A stretch of 64,000 bases of DNA, taken from positions 14,449-78,448 of the forward strand of contig PS015295.1 of assembly GCA_048213135.1 (NCBI GenBank), given 5' to 3'. The notes below the pieces were generated by a model. It was not told the origin of the DNA and did not search any database. It saw nothing but the letters and a program-made list of their open reading frames with translations. The stretch is from Reclinomonas americana ATCC 50394 (lineage: Eukaryota). Of this stretch, positions 25,618 through 38,578 are shown in pieces; the stretch's first letter is position 1, and each line of letters starts with the position of its first letter. The translations under genes and the position numbers were made by a program.

Positions 25618-25635
25618 CTAACACGCGCATACAGA

Positions 25636-26010
25636 CTAGACGGGCGATTGTTCACTCGTCGAGCGCGGCAGTGGTGGAATGCTCGCCACTGCCGCCATCA
25701 CCACGCTGCGATCTCTGTCGCACTGCTGCGGCCTCCGGTTGCTGCTTTGAACTGCGACAACACACGTTGTCGGAGAAATTGGAGAATGAATGACACTGGC
25801 ATAAGAGGGGGAGGCACGCAACGGTAGCGCCACTGCTGGTATTGGTGACACTGGCTCCTCAGCAGAAGCAGCAGAAGACGACGCCAAGTGAGACTTGCCG
25901 ACGACTGCGAGCACTCCGTCGCGCAACAGCTGCATCGCCAGACGAAGCAATGCCAGCAACCACACCACCCACGAGTAGGGACACAAGAGCTGCCCAACGG
26001 AAACGCTCAT
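25636..26010 (-). CDS. Small hypothetical protein with hydrophobic N-terminus
   Basis: 124-aa ORF filling the space between MGAT2-like and DnaJ; no motif. Confidence 0.3.
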   Translation of the reverse strand: MSVSVGQLLCPYSWVVWLLALLRLAMQLLRDGVLAVVGKSHLASSSAASAEEPVSPIPAVALPLRASPSYASVIHSPISPTTCVVAVQSSNRRPQQCDRDRSVVMAAVASIPPLPRSTSEQSPV

Positions 26011-26150
26011 CGTCTCTCTCTGTGCAACACAAGCTCAATCTCCGCGACGTCCTCTTGAAAACGTCGACGTCGCTTTTCATCGTTGTTGTGCAGTGAGCGA
26101 AGGGGAGAGAGAGAAGCAACACACACACCCTCGTGCTTCATCGCTGAGCA

Positions 26151-26433
26151 ATGCAGCGCCACTTGGCTTTCGATGCCACCGAGTTGTACCGCATTCTCGG
26201 TGTTAGTTGCGTGTCTCTCTCTCCTCCTTTGCTCTCTTGTTCTCCTCCTCCTCATTGTGGCGAGAGCAGAGCGCACTGCCACGGCAGAGGAGCTCAAGCG
26301 AGCGTATCGTGCACTGGCCTTGCGCTTGCATCCCGACAAGAATCCGAATGCCACTGATGAGTTTCGGAAGATCCGCGAGGGTGCGTGACTGCGCCAGCGA
26401 GTTGTCTGTCTCTCGTCGTCGTCCAACTACTGA

Positions 26434-26479
<46 letters not shown>

Positions 26480-27980
26480 CATCATCTTCAGCATACGCTG
26501 TCTTGTCCAATGATCGCAAGCGTGCATTGTACGACAAGTATGGCGCTTCGGCACTGGAGGTGCGTCGGTGGCTGTCTGCGTCGCCCTGTCGACTATGCAC
26601 CACACTCACCTCTCCTGCGCTTGTGCAGATCAGTGGTGCTGGTGACGACGTGACCGAGCAGCATGGATTCGCGGAGATCGGCACCGAGTCGCAGTTTGGT
26701 GCCACCACTGGCCTGCCCGGCGTGCTGGAGAACTTGTTTGCAGCGTTCTCTGGTGCACACAACAGGCTCGCCAGCAAGAACCCGCTGCAAGTCGGTGCGA
26801 GTGAGGCGAGGCCAGCAATCGAACAGGCGCCACAGTACGTGCGACTCGTGCTGCGCGTGACACTGGAGGAGGTATACACGGGCGTGGTGCGTCGCATTCG
26901 CCTCCCACCGCGGACGCGAGTGTGCTCAGTCTGTGGCGGCACCGGCGGTCAGCTGGAGTATTGTCGTCGGTGCAAGGTCTGTGAGTGCGTGACTCTGTTA
27001 CGTTGTGCCACTTGTCTCACTCTGACTCGACCATGAAGGGCGACGGTCGCAAGGTGCTGCTGCGCACGCTGTCGACGGGAGTGGTGCAGCGCTTGGTGGT
27101 ACACTGTCCGGATTGCCAGGGTCGTGGGGAGCGCAATGTGCAAGTGTGCGGAGAGTGTCGCGGCTCGCGGTGGACCACTGCCGTCGATCGTGACGGTGTG
27201 CAGGTGTCGGTGCCAGCGGGTGTTCCGGATCGGCACGTTATTGTGTTGGACAGTCACGAGGTGCAAGTGATTGTGCGGGTGCGTCGACATCCGCGTTTCG
27301 TGCGATGTGGAGCGCACTTGTTGACGCAACACACGTTGAGTGTGGAGGAAGCAATCCGTGGCTTCTCCGTACGGATCCAGCTGTTGGACGGTTCACGCGC
27401 TCGCGTCGAGTGCACCGACCGTGTCACCCACCCTGCGCAGTGTCGCTGGATAGAGTTTGCTGGCTTGCCCGAGTTCCCGTCGGTGGAGTCGTCGGGACGC
27501 AGTGTGCACGGCGGTCTGCTGGTGTGGTTCTCGGTGGCGCTGCCTGGACATGTGAATCCCTCCCTCAAGTACTACTTGCGACGGCTAATGTCGCCAACAT
27601 GTGAGTTGCCGCCAAACTTTGCGCGACTCTTGTCTCCGCACGCCAGTGCATCCACGGAGGCACCAGCCGATGATGACGGCAGTGGTGCAGCACAACTGCT
27701 GGAGTTCTCCAGCAAGCCGCCACCCCTCACACTGTCGTCCGTCTCCACCCTGATTATTCCGCATCTAAGCGGCGGCACATCCACGGCGCAGGTCAGCGCG
27801 GACGACGACGATGATGACAGTGGTGTGGAGGAGGCTGACATAATCGTCGACGGCGACTCACGACGTCTGGACATGCAGCTCGTGCCTTTTCGATCGGCTG
27901 CAGCACCATCAGGCCCGACGACGGCGTCGACCCGACGTGGTGTATTTGGCATCACGCTTCCACAGTGCTCACTTCAGTGA
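26151..27980 (+). CDS. Type I DnaJ/Hsp40 (DNAJA-like) with CaaX end
   Basis: J domain [26 protein letters not shown]; CxxCxGxG repeats; C-terminal PQCSLQ. Confidence 0.92.
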
Positions 27981-28110
27981 ATGCATTCGTCGTCCCCACC
28001 GCTGCTGTCCCATCGCTGCATGCATGTCACACAGCGAGTCAACGGCGCTCACTCGCGTTGCGGGCCCCACTGACGAATCTCGCTCAGCGCCACTGGTCGC
28101 CACCACCGGA

Positions 28111-28370
28111 ATGCCACATTGGACGTGTGAAAAGTGTGGTGCCCGCGAGTTCAAAGAGTGAGCGTCGTGCGATGCATGCAACGAGTCACTCTCACTCACA
28201 TAACACGACACAGAGGCAAGACGTTTTCCGTTGGCAGCTTCGTGGCCAAGCTGCTCAACATCCAAACTCGCAAGTTCGACACGGTGACCTGTGTCGAGTG
28301 TGGATTCACCGAGTTCTTTGAGAGAAGGCAGAGCCCATTGGCCAACATTCTCGACATTCTCATCAGATGA
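28111..28370 (+). CDS. Small Zn-ribbon nucleic-acid-binding protein (DUF2082/COG3478-like); one intron 28158-28213; possible in-frame start at 28024
   Basis: Spliced WTCEKCGAREFKEGKTFSVGSFVAKLLNIQTRKFDTVTCVECGFTEFF..SPLANILDIL matches the prokaryotic pattern CxKC..SK.FDVQ..KF..V.C..CGYTEFY. Confidence 0.8.
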
Positions 28371-29249
28371 CGCAGTGAAGGGAGAGAAAAGAATGAGAGA
28401 GCAAGACTGCGTGACGGGGGGCAGTGATCATTGTTGTCTCCAGGCTCGTCGGGTAAACTCGTTGACTTGGCNNNNNNNNNNNNNNNNNNNNNNNNNNNNN
28501 NNNNNNNNNNNNNNNNNNNNNNNNNNNNNNNNNNNNNNNNNNNNNNNNNNNNNNNNNNNNNNNNNNNNNNNNNNNNNNNNNNNNNNNNNNNNNNNNNNNN
28601 NNNNNNNNNNNNNNNNNNNNNNNNNNNNNNNNNNNNNNNNNNNNNNNNNNNNNNNNNNNNNNNNNNNNNNNNNNNNNNNNNNNNNNNNNNNNNNNNNNNN
28701 NNNNNNNNNNNNNNNNNNNNNNNNNNNNNNNNNNNNNNNNNNNNNNNNNNNNNNNNNNNNNNNNNNNNNNNNNNNNNNNNNNNNNNNNNNNNNNNNNNNN
28801 NNNNNNNNNNNNNNNNNNNNNNNNNNNNNNNNNNNNNNNNNNNNNNNNNNNNNNNNNNNNNNNNNNNNNNNNNNNNNNNNNNNNNNNNNNNNNNNNNNNN
28901 NNNNNNNNNNNNNNNNNNNNNNNNNNNNNNNNNNNNNNNNNNNNNNNNNNNNNNNNNNNNNNNNNNNNNNNNNNNNNNNNNNNNNNNNNNNNNNNNNNNN
29001 NNNNNNNNNNNNNNNNNNNNNNNNNNNNNNNGCCGACGGAAGAATCTCATCCTCGTTCATCTTGACAGCGGATCTTGGAGCACACACTGCCGACGTGTGA
29101 CAGACTCACTTGCAGGTGTGTGTGTATGCTTGTGTTCTGGGCAGTGGGGCCGAGCTACTGCGCCCTCACACATTGTACCTACTGTGTCGCAGTTGTCTCT
29201 TGTTGTTCACAATCCCCGTCTGTGATTACCCGCCCCACTCTCTGCCACA

Positions 29250-30066
29250 ATGGCCGACATTGACAACATCTACGATGACACCAACATGGCCGCGCAGACG
29301 CTCGCCGTCTGTTCTGTGGCCTTGTTTGTCAAGGTGCACCACTGCTGTCTTCTGCTGCCGCCGCATTTTTCCCTAAAATGTGTCTTTGCCTTGTTTGTGT
29401 TTTTCCTCACACCTCTCGCCGCAGATCTTCGCCTCTGCTGTCTACGTGACGGTGGGCAGGCGCAAGGAAGGACGCCCACTGGCGCCAGAAGTTGAGTCGT
29501 GTTTTTTTTTTGGTGTTTTTCAGGGGAGAATGATTCGCTCGTGCGAGGAAATTCGTCACAGTGGTTTCTCACCACCACTTGTACGTGATGGCAGGACTTT
29601 CCACCAGAGCCGCAGGCCATTGGCAAGGGTGCGCACGCGGTGCCACCCGAGGTCCGCGTGGCCGGTGGCAGCAGCAGCATCCTGACACAAGTCGATCGCG
29701 GTCTCGCCATGCTCAGGTACGCTGTCTTTCCCTCTCTTGCATTGCCCGAACCGTGTGCTGTCTGTTTGAGCTTTTTTTGTGTGTGTCGTTCATGTGAGCT
29801 CATCTCTGCCCCCTGTCGTCTACAGGGACGATGTGGAGCACATCCCTATCTTCCTCATCATCGGCTTCCTGCTGGTGCTGACGAGGGGGCTCAATCACGC
29901 CAGTCAGCTGGCTTCCACCATCTACTTCAGCATCTTCACGCTGATGCGACTGTTGCATTCATTGTTTTTCATCACCCGTGTGCAGCCGTTGCGCTGGCTC
30001 GTGTGGGACATTGGCGTGCTCGTCACCCTTGCCGCCGCCGTTCACCTCCTTGTCGTTGTCTTCTGA
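29250..30066 (+). CDS. MAPEG family protein (MGST1/PTGES-like), 4 exons
   Basis: LFVK..RRKE..APED, RDDVEHIPIFL, FTLMRLLHS, QPLR; four TM segments. Confidence 0.85.
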
Positions 30067-30263
30067 GGCATCCTGTCGCTTCATCTCACATGCAAAACCA
30101 ACAACCCAACTGTGTGCGATGCCGCACGCAACACGCGCATCTTGGTGCGCGCGCTCTATTCGTACGTTAAAAAACAAACCAATGAACGACGGCTGTGATG
30201 AAACGAAACGCGCGCTCTCTCACTTCACTACCACTTGTCGATGCCTAGGAATTTAGGGACCGC

Positions 30264-31557
30264 TTACATGATTACACAACGGCATCCTTCGTCGACGGGC
30301 ACGGGCGGTACAAGCACCTGGTGGTGGTGGTGAGATATCCCAGCAGCGTGCATGGACAGGCAGATGAAAACGTACCACTGTGGCTGCCTGCTCAAACACC
30401 TCTCGCAGTCCTTGCCCCTGCTTGGCACTGCACTCCATGTAGCAGTGGGCGCCAATGTGCTGTGCCAGGGTTTCACCGTCTGCGCGAGACGAGCACCTGC
30501 TGGCGAACTCAGGATCGTCGCGAAGATCGGCTTTGGTGCCGACGAGAATGACTGCGCAGCACAGCAGCGTCAGCCAATCCCACAATCAACACACACAAGC
30601 ATGTTTGTGCGTGATCGCAACTTGGGGCTGGTGGATTCACGCAGGCCTTGATCTCCTGCCACCAGAAGCGTGTGACATTTTCGCGCGACACCGAGTTTGC
30701 AATGCTGCGCACAAGAACACGGTGAGTTCTGAATCGATCGCTATCGTGAGGCACAGAGACGCACTTGAACGCCAGCAGGACCACATCGGTGCCTGGATAC
30801 GCCAGCTTGCGCAGGTTGGTGAGCTCGTCTTGACCGGCCGTGTCGAACAGCGCTGTGGGAGAATCGATATCAGCACCAGGTGCAGGAGAGACACAGCAGA
30901 GAGGCACACGCAACTCATGTTGGCCAGTGGAGCCGGCTGCCCAGCAATAGGTGAAGACTTTGAACGGACCGACTTGCGGAAGGTGTCAGCTGGGCGTCGT
31001 GTCGTGTCGTGTTGTTGTCAGCATACATTCACACACAAAGCGATGCATGAACGCTCTCACCTATTGTCGGATCCTGGTGGCACAGCGGACAACATACAAA
31101 TCAAGTCAGTGTCACTGTTCCACGCTCCTGTACACCACGCAGGCATGCATACACACACGCGCGAACGACACAAGAACGCAACATGGTTCTCGGGGAATTG
31201 ACCGTGGACTGAACCAATCACAAAGTAACACTCGAATGTCAGAGGCGATGGAAACCACACACACACGCGTACACACGCGGAAACAAGAGAATGGGAATGC
31301 ACACGCACTGAACATGAGCGTCTGTGGGAGAGAGAACGAGGGTGTTAGCAACACATCTGACAAGAAAACACAAGCACACACGCGTACACACGCACCATGG
31401 ACGACTTGCCGACGGAGGGATCGCCAACAATCTGCACACAGACACACACAGCTACAGAGTTGGTCGAAAGAGAGGGAGAGAGAGAGAGAGGGAAGACTCG
31501 CAAACAGTGCGCGTAGTCGAGAAAGCAACGAACCACACACTTGACAGGCTTCTCCAT
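30264..31557 (-). CDS. Rho/Rac-family small GTPase, atypical, about 10 exons including two 13-nt microexons
   Basis: KCVIVGDPSVGKS, LFDTAGQDE, LRKLAYPGTDV, ILVGTKADLR, YMECSAK, CaaX CVIM. Confidence 0.92.
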
Positions 31558-31863
31558 GGCGAATGTGATGCTGCTGCTGAAGAGGTGAGAAAGAGGGAGA
31601 GGGATGGTCTGCGCAACACGGACGCGGCAACAAACTTGATTGCCGGATTTCATCGCTTTCCGGCAGACGCACGCGACGTTGGCTCACAACACATCACACT
31701 GCAAGGGAGTAAAGGCAGTCCATGTGGATAGCCTTTCGCATCACACTAGAGCGCGTTTGCCTCTCACCGCAAACGCTGCGACGTCGCACGCTGAGTTCCG
31801 AACATGATTCTGAAACCAGGCGCAACGTTAACCCCGTCGTCCACGATCGCTTTCACACTCCAC

Positions 31864-32076
<213 letters not shown>

Positions 32077-32161
32077 TACACCAGTAGCCCTCCCTTTTTT
32101 GCTCGAGTATTGCTCGACTGACACTCGACGTTCGCTCCCGCCATTTCACACGAGATTCGTC

Positions 32162-35100
32162 ATGACGACGCGGCGAAACCACCAGCTTGTGCTGTTTTCG
32201 CTGCTCCTCGTTGCTCTCCTTCTGCTCACATCACTTGCGCTCGTTCACTCGTCTTCCGGCGACGATGACAACGACGAGAGTTGCGAGTTGTCCCTCTTTC
32301 GTTTGGGTGCACTTGCATGTGCCCACTCACTCTTGTCTATGCGCATGTGTGTATGTGTGCAGGCATTGCGCACGAGGTGGAGGTGACGCTCGATCACGAG
32401 ACAGTCGCCGCCACGGTCGTGCAAAAGGCGCACGGTGAGGACATGACATGCCGAACATCTGCACGCTCACGCTCTCTCACACACGCGCAGAGGTGGAGGA
32501 GGGCGAGGATGCGAACGGGGAGTTTGTCATTCTGAAAGAGTACACGGTCACGCGCGTGGACGAGTACGTGGCCAAGGACAACATCGATGCGGAGGAAGAG
32601 CACCATGATGCGTCGTCGACGACTTCGACTACATCGCTGTCGCAGCTGGTGCAACGCTTCCACGCCGCCTTCGAGTCGTACTACTCGTACTACTGGAAGA
32701 ACATCTTTGTGCAGGCGAAGAAGAGCGGAAGCTCCAAGCAGGTGCAGAGCAAGGATTTCGAGCTGGCCGAACGACTGGTGGCCCTGCAGGTGCTGCTGCG
32801 ATCGGGATCGGCTGCCGGCGACAACCTCGAGAGCTTGCTCACTAGCCAGTTGCCGAGTTGCGTCGACTTTGTTCGGGTTGTAGTTGCGCTTGTCGTTGCC
32901 TGACCTGGGGGGAGCGCGCGCGCGCAGAGACGATTGCCAGTGTGACGACGACCGATGTGCCGGGACTGTTGTCGTTGACGGGCGACTTGTCGTCGCGCGT
33001 GCTCCGTGCGTCGATGCTGCCGTTCTCGAACTGCCTGCTGGCCGCCCTGCTCGGCCACAACGGCTACCCGCAGCCGGGTGCGTCGCGAACACGAGTTGTT
33101 TTTCGTTTCGCATCCTCGTCGTGTGCCTGACGAGTCGACGATTGCACAGCGATCAACGTGTGCCAGTCGTCGCTGGACTGGCAGAAGACGCGACTCAGCA
33201 GCAGCTCACCACTGGTGGGAACCTCCAAGGCTCTGCTGGCCTCGCTGTACCGCATCAACAACGACGAGGAGCGGTGAGTGTGATGTTGCAGGCCGGATGG
33301 TGTGATTTTTTGTGGTGCTTATCCGATCGAGCAGAGCCGAGTCGCTGTGGGCCGAGGCACGTGAGGCGTTTGCGTCGAGCGATGCACCAGAACTCGGACG
33401 TGCGGCTTTCCACGCCTTCTCGGCCTGGGATTTGAAGCGGACCGGCGACCAGGACGGCGCCAAGGAGGTGCGTCGCTCGTGTTGGTGTGTGAAGCCCATC
33501 GGTGCTTTCCGCCCACATCGCTCCCTTTTTGCGTGTCGATATAGGCTCTTGTCGCGTCGCGACAGGCATTGAACCGTGTGCGATCCCCGCTCAACCCGCT
33601 GCTGTTTGGCGTGTTCACCGTGGTGCACGACATTTTGGGATTCCACGACGAGGCCGACGAGCTGGCACACACCACGCTGTCGTCGGTGGAGAGCAGTTGC
33701 GTGTCGAAGTAGGAAACTCTGTTGATACGTGCTTGTGGGAGTGACATCATTTCATCGCAGCATTGGGCGCCAAGCACACCATGTACGCGGTGGTGCAAGT
33801 ATTGGTGGCACTGCGCGAGGAGCTGCTTGGTCGCCAGACTGCCAGTGACTCGGGTGAGTGGTGTGCCATCATCCTGTTGCGTGCTGTCTCATATCTCACA
33901 CTTGTCCGTAACACCAGCCTTTGACGATGCGGTGCGCTCGGCACGTCGTGCATTCGGTCGCCGCTCGGCCTTGTCGGCCGCATCAATTGGTTTCGATGCG
34001 GCTCGACTGGACGCGGAGGGTCGACAGGAGGAGGCCGACGTGAAGGCGTCGGAGGCACTCAGCATCATCAACAAGCACTACGATTCGGAGAGGTGTGTTC
34101 CTGGAAGAGTGGGAACGAGAGAGGGAGGTGTCGTTTCTCTCATGCACGTCACATTTGCAGCCCGGTGCGTGCTCTGGCCTACGGTCTGTTCGCTGCGCAC
34201 AAGGACTACAACGGAAGCACGGAAGAGGCGTCGAGGTTGTACATCCAGGCGCTGCAGGNNNNNNNNNNNNNNNNNNNNNNNNNNNNNNNNNNNNNNNNNN
34301 NNNNNNNNNNNNNNNNNNNNNNNNNNNNNNNNNNNNNNNNNNNNNNNNNNNNNNNNNNNNNNNNNNNNNNNNNNNNNNNNNNNNNNNNNNNNNNNNNNNN
34401 NNNNNNNNNNNNNNNNNNNNNNNNNNNNNNNNNNNNNNNNNNNNNNNAGCAGTCCAAGGCCGAGCAGGCGTACAAGGAGATGCAGGACAGCATCAATCGC
34501 CTGGTACCGCAGCAGTCGTTCACGTACGCCCTGTCGCAATTCCTGCTGGGTGTGCGCTTTGATTTCATCGCCGAGTCGGCCAAGTCGAGCAAGCACACCG
34601 AGGCCACGGAATTCTACAACCGTGCTCTGGATGCACTGGAGTCGGTGATCAAGCGACCAATCGAGCCGGAGGAGCGCGAGTGGTTCAACTTGATTCGCGG
34701 CTCGCTGTGGAAGCGTTGCGTAATCCTTCATTCATTCATGCACAAACAAAAAGAGTCGGCGTGGGCTCACACGCACCGCTGCAGTGGACACGGAGGTTGA
34801 CGACGCACGCAAGAGCCTGGCAAAGATCGTCAACAAGACGCTGAAGGAGCGACGCAAGGAGATGATCGAGGTGCTGAGCGAATTGGCGGCGGCGCTGGTG
34901 GACGCCAAGCTGGACGCGGAGGCCGAGTTGCTGTTGACGACACTGCTGGAGCTGGAGCAGGACAAGGAGTCGGCCAACTACGCGCAGCTGTTGAGTCAGC
35001 TGGCGGCCGTGTATCAGCATCTGGGCAAGTTTAGCGAGGCGATGAAACTGATGCCCGACCTGCTGGCCCTGTCCCGCAAAGTTGGCGGTGGTGAGCAGAT

Positions 35101-35930
35101 GTTTTGCTTGTTGGCCCCACGTGTGTGCGACGGTGTTGCTGAGTGCTGATCGAACAGGTGCCAATGCGCAACTGTTGGAGCTGCTGAAGCAGGCCAGTGA
35201 TGTGGCGGCACGTGGTGGTGACTGGGAGCAGGCGATTGCCTACCTGAAGGAGGCACTGGGACTGCACGATAAGCTGTCGGGCAAGGATCTGGGTTACGTG
35301 GAGCTGCTGCGCGCACTGGCGGCACTGTTCGAGCGTGCCGAGCGCACCGAGGAGGCGCTGGCCAAGGAGGAGGAAGCCATGCGCCTGCAAGTTACCCTGG
35401 TGTCGCCACTGGACCCCATCTATGTGGATCTGCTACTGTCGCTGGCCAACTCGGAACGCAACGCAGACCAGCGTGCGGTGTACCTGGAGAAGGCGCTGGC
35501 GGCGTCGCTGAACCAGGCGGGTGGCAAGTGCTCGGCCCAGTCGGCCCGAGTGATGCTGCTGTTGGTGGAGATTTATCGCGCGCGCAACGACATGGCGAGC
35601 CTGGTGACGCTGTACAAGGGCCTTGCCGAGTGCCCACGCAGCATGTTCCGCGAGGCAGATCTGGCCGAGCTGGCCGCCGCACTGGCGCACCTCGGCTCCG
35701 TGTACCTGCGCCAGCACAACCACCAGGCGGCGGAGCCACTGCTGGCCGAGGCACACCGCATCTCGCGACACCTGAGCGGCAAGCCAGAGGAGCCGTGTGC
35801 GGCCGCGCTGGTGGAGACATTCAAATCGGCAACGGTGGAAGTGCGTTCGGCGATTGCACCGTCCACCGTGGCCTACGCCACGCTCTTTTTCATGCTGGCC
35901 GTGCTGTTCTTCACCTGCGTCAAGAACTAG
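32162..35930 (+). CDS. Secretory-pathway TPR-repeat protein with signal peptide and C-terminal TM anchor
   Basis: Signal LVLFSLLLVALLLLTSLALVHS; TPR units such as LLSQLAAVYQHLGKFSEAMKL and ALAHLGSVYLRQHNHQAAEPLLAEA; terminal TM VAYATLFFMLAVLFFTC. Confidence 0.8.
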
Positions 35931-36141
35931 TGCCACCTTCACCACCAAATCATGACACAATTACGTGGCGGAAGACAACACAGAATGAATACGACGCCGC
36001 CAGATGCTGGGTGGGTGTAGATGATACACACACAGAAGGTCGCCTGCATTGAGCATCGAGACGATGATGATGATGATGAGGAGGAGGGAGAGGATGAGAG
36101 AAAATCAATGGCCTCCTCTCAAGAGACTGGCATTTCTCCTC

Positions 36142-36371
36142 TCAATGGTGCTCGTTGGCGTGGCCGTGATCGGCACCGTGGCCAGCACCAGCGGCAGCGG
36201 CCTTCTCGTGCGCCTTGTGCGCTGTGACACACAGACGTGAGCAAGAGAGAGAGAGAGAGATGACAAGGTGATTGATGATGACTGACCCTGCAGGTGCGGC
36301 AACTCAATGAGGTAGCCGAGCGTGCCGCCGAGGATGCCAATGTGGAACACCGGGTTGATCTTGCCCTGCGC
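36142..36371 (-). CDS. Mitochondrial ATP synthase subunit f-like protein, last two exons (5' part in gap)
   Basis: GKINPVFHIGILGGTLGYLIELPHL resembles the subunit f pattern P.FH......GY..EY.HL; His-rich tail. Confidence 0.65.
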
Positions 36372-36480
36372 CTGTGGAGTGCACAGAGAGAGAGGGAGAG
36401 AGTGAGAGACCAACATGACGCGACATGGCAAGGCGCAAACGCGCAAACACGCAGAGAGAAAGCGATGGAGAGAGGAGAGG

Positions 36481-36537
<57 letters not shown>

Positions 36538-37175
36538 AGGAGGAGGGAGGAGGAGGAGGGGCGAGNNNNNNNNNNNNNNNNNNNNNNNNNNNNNNNNNNN
36601 NNNNNNNNNNNNNNNNNNNNNNNNNNNNNNNNNNNNNNNNNNNNNNNNNNNNNNNNNNNNNNNNNNNNNNNNNNNNNNNNNNNNNNNNNNNNNNNNNNNN
36701 NNNNNNNNNNNNNNNNNNNNNNNNNNNNNNNNNNNNNNNNNNNNNNNNNNNNNNNNNNNNNNNNNNNNNNNNNNNNNNNNNNNNNNNNNNNNNNNNNNNN
36801 NNNNNNNNNNNNNNNNNNNNNNNNNNNNNNNNNNNNNNNNNNNNNNNNNNNNNNNNNNNNNNNNNNNNNNNNNNNNNNNNNNNNNNNNNNNNNNNNNNNN
36901 NNNNNNNNNNNNNNNNNNNNNNNNNNNNNNNNNNNNNNNNNNNNNNNNNNNNNNNNNNNNNNNNNNNNNNNNNNNNNNNNNNNNNNNNNNNNNNNNNNNN
37001 NNNNNNNNNNNNNNNNNNNNNNNNNNNNNNNNNNNNNNNNNATATTCTGAGCGCACACAGAGTGAGTGAGTGAGTGAGTGAGAGAGGCCACCGAGCACAT
37101 GAGTGACGCACTCACACGCACACCTTTGAGAGAGAGTGAGTTTGTGCGCCTCGCAATTTCACTCGTCTTTCTCAA

Positions 37176-38164
37176 ATGCACGAGCGAGGTCGAAGCGTGG
37201 TCTCTTCCTCTTCCTCTTCCTCCTCGTCATCATCACTCTCTGCTGCGCCATCCGCCATATGCACAATGCGCGGAGGCCTGCGCTTCTCTGGTGTGCAACA
37301 GATGAATGCCTCACCAGAGGAGGGCATGTGGGATGTGGAAGTGGTACAGTCTCTTGCTGTGTGCGCGCGCGTGTGTGTGTGTGAGTTGCTCATGTGTGTG
37401 TGCAGGAGGTGTTTGACTTTGATCACCCCAATGGCTTGGTGTATGGAACGTTGCGTGCTGTCTGTGTTTACTCTTCTCTGTCTGTGCGCTCACTCGTCGA
37501 GCTCAGCATGGAGGCCAGACATCCCACTCGTCACTCGTCGTCTGTCACCTACTGGGAGGGCGAGGTACGCGACTCAGCCTTCCCCTGTCTCTCTCACTCA
37601 CTCGCTCGCTCTCGTCTTTGACTGGTCACGCGCAGATCATTGACAACATCAATTACTTTTTCCTCACCAACCGGTGGCGCGCCGACTTTGAGACGGACCG
37701 GAAGCACTGGGAGCGGTTCGCGGCCTTTGCGCCCTTCCACAAGGACTTTGTGTCCATTGGGTGCGACTGCATTCCCATTGCAAGTCGCTCGCAGTACAAG
37801 TTTCACCATAATCATAGCGCATTGTGCCTTCTTTTCATGTACTCATGTTGCACTCTCGCCATACCGCAAGGTTCATGCGCTGGAAGGAACAATGCTTTCT
37901 CAAGACCGACTCTGAATGCTCGCTCACCATCAGCGGCTTCTACTACATGTGCTACGACACGGCGTCGGGCCACATTGAAGGCATGCATGTGTCTGTCTCT
38001 CTCTCTCTCCACAGACACTGAATGCCCAGCTTACATGCCCTGTTCTTCCCTTGTGTGCAGGTTACTACTGTGACCCGGAGCTGCGTCCGTTCCAGGGCGT
38101 GCAGTTGGACTTGGTGCCGGGCGGATCGTCGGGTTATTCGTTTGGCGAGTTTGAGTTTGCATGA
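37176..38164 (+). CDS. GID4: GID4/Vid24 (Pro/N-degron recognition subunit of the GID/CTLH E3 ligase)
   Basis: FSGVQ, WDVEV, YGTMEA, TYWEGEIID, DRKHWERF, FMRWKEQCF, LTISGFYYMC, GHIEGYY. Confidence 0.92.
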
Positions 38165-38352
38165 TGAGAATCGTGAGAAGCTGAATGAGCGAGAAATGAT
38201 TGTAAATGGTAAACATGTTTGTTTATGAGCGACGAGGAGGAAGGGGAAGGGAGACTTGACTCGACGTCACCGTCCGCAGGTCCCGCGTCGACCGTTACAG
38301 TCGAATTTTGTTGTTTTTGCGACAAAATCACCCGCGTTCATTCATCATTACA

Positions 38353-38536
38353 ATGCAAGTGGAATCGTTCTCCTCGCCCTCCTCGGTCAGCAGTGCCGGC
38401 AGTCAGTCGTTCCAGATTCTGGGTCGCGGTCGCAAGAGACCACGAGAGACCACCGTGCGCGATCTGGTGGAGCACCGGTGCGTCCTCGCTCCCTTTCTTC
38501 CTTGTGAGGACAAAGGGTGGCATTGACTGACGATGG

Positions 38537-38578
<42 letters not shown>

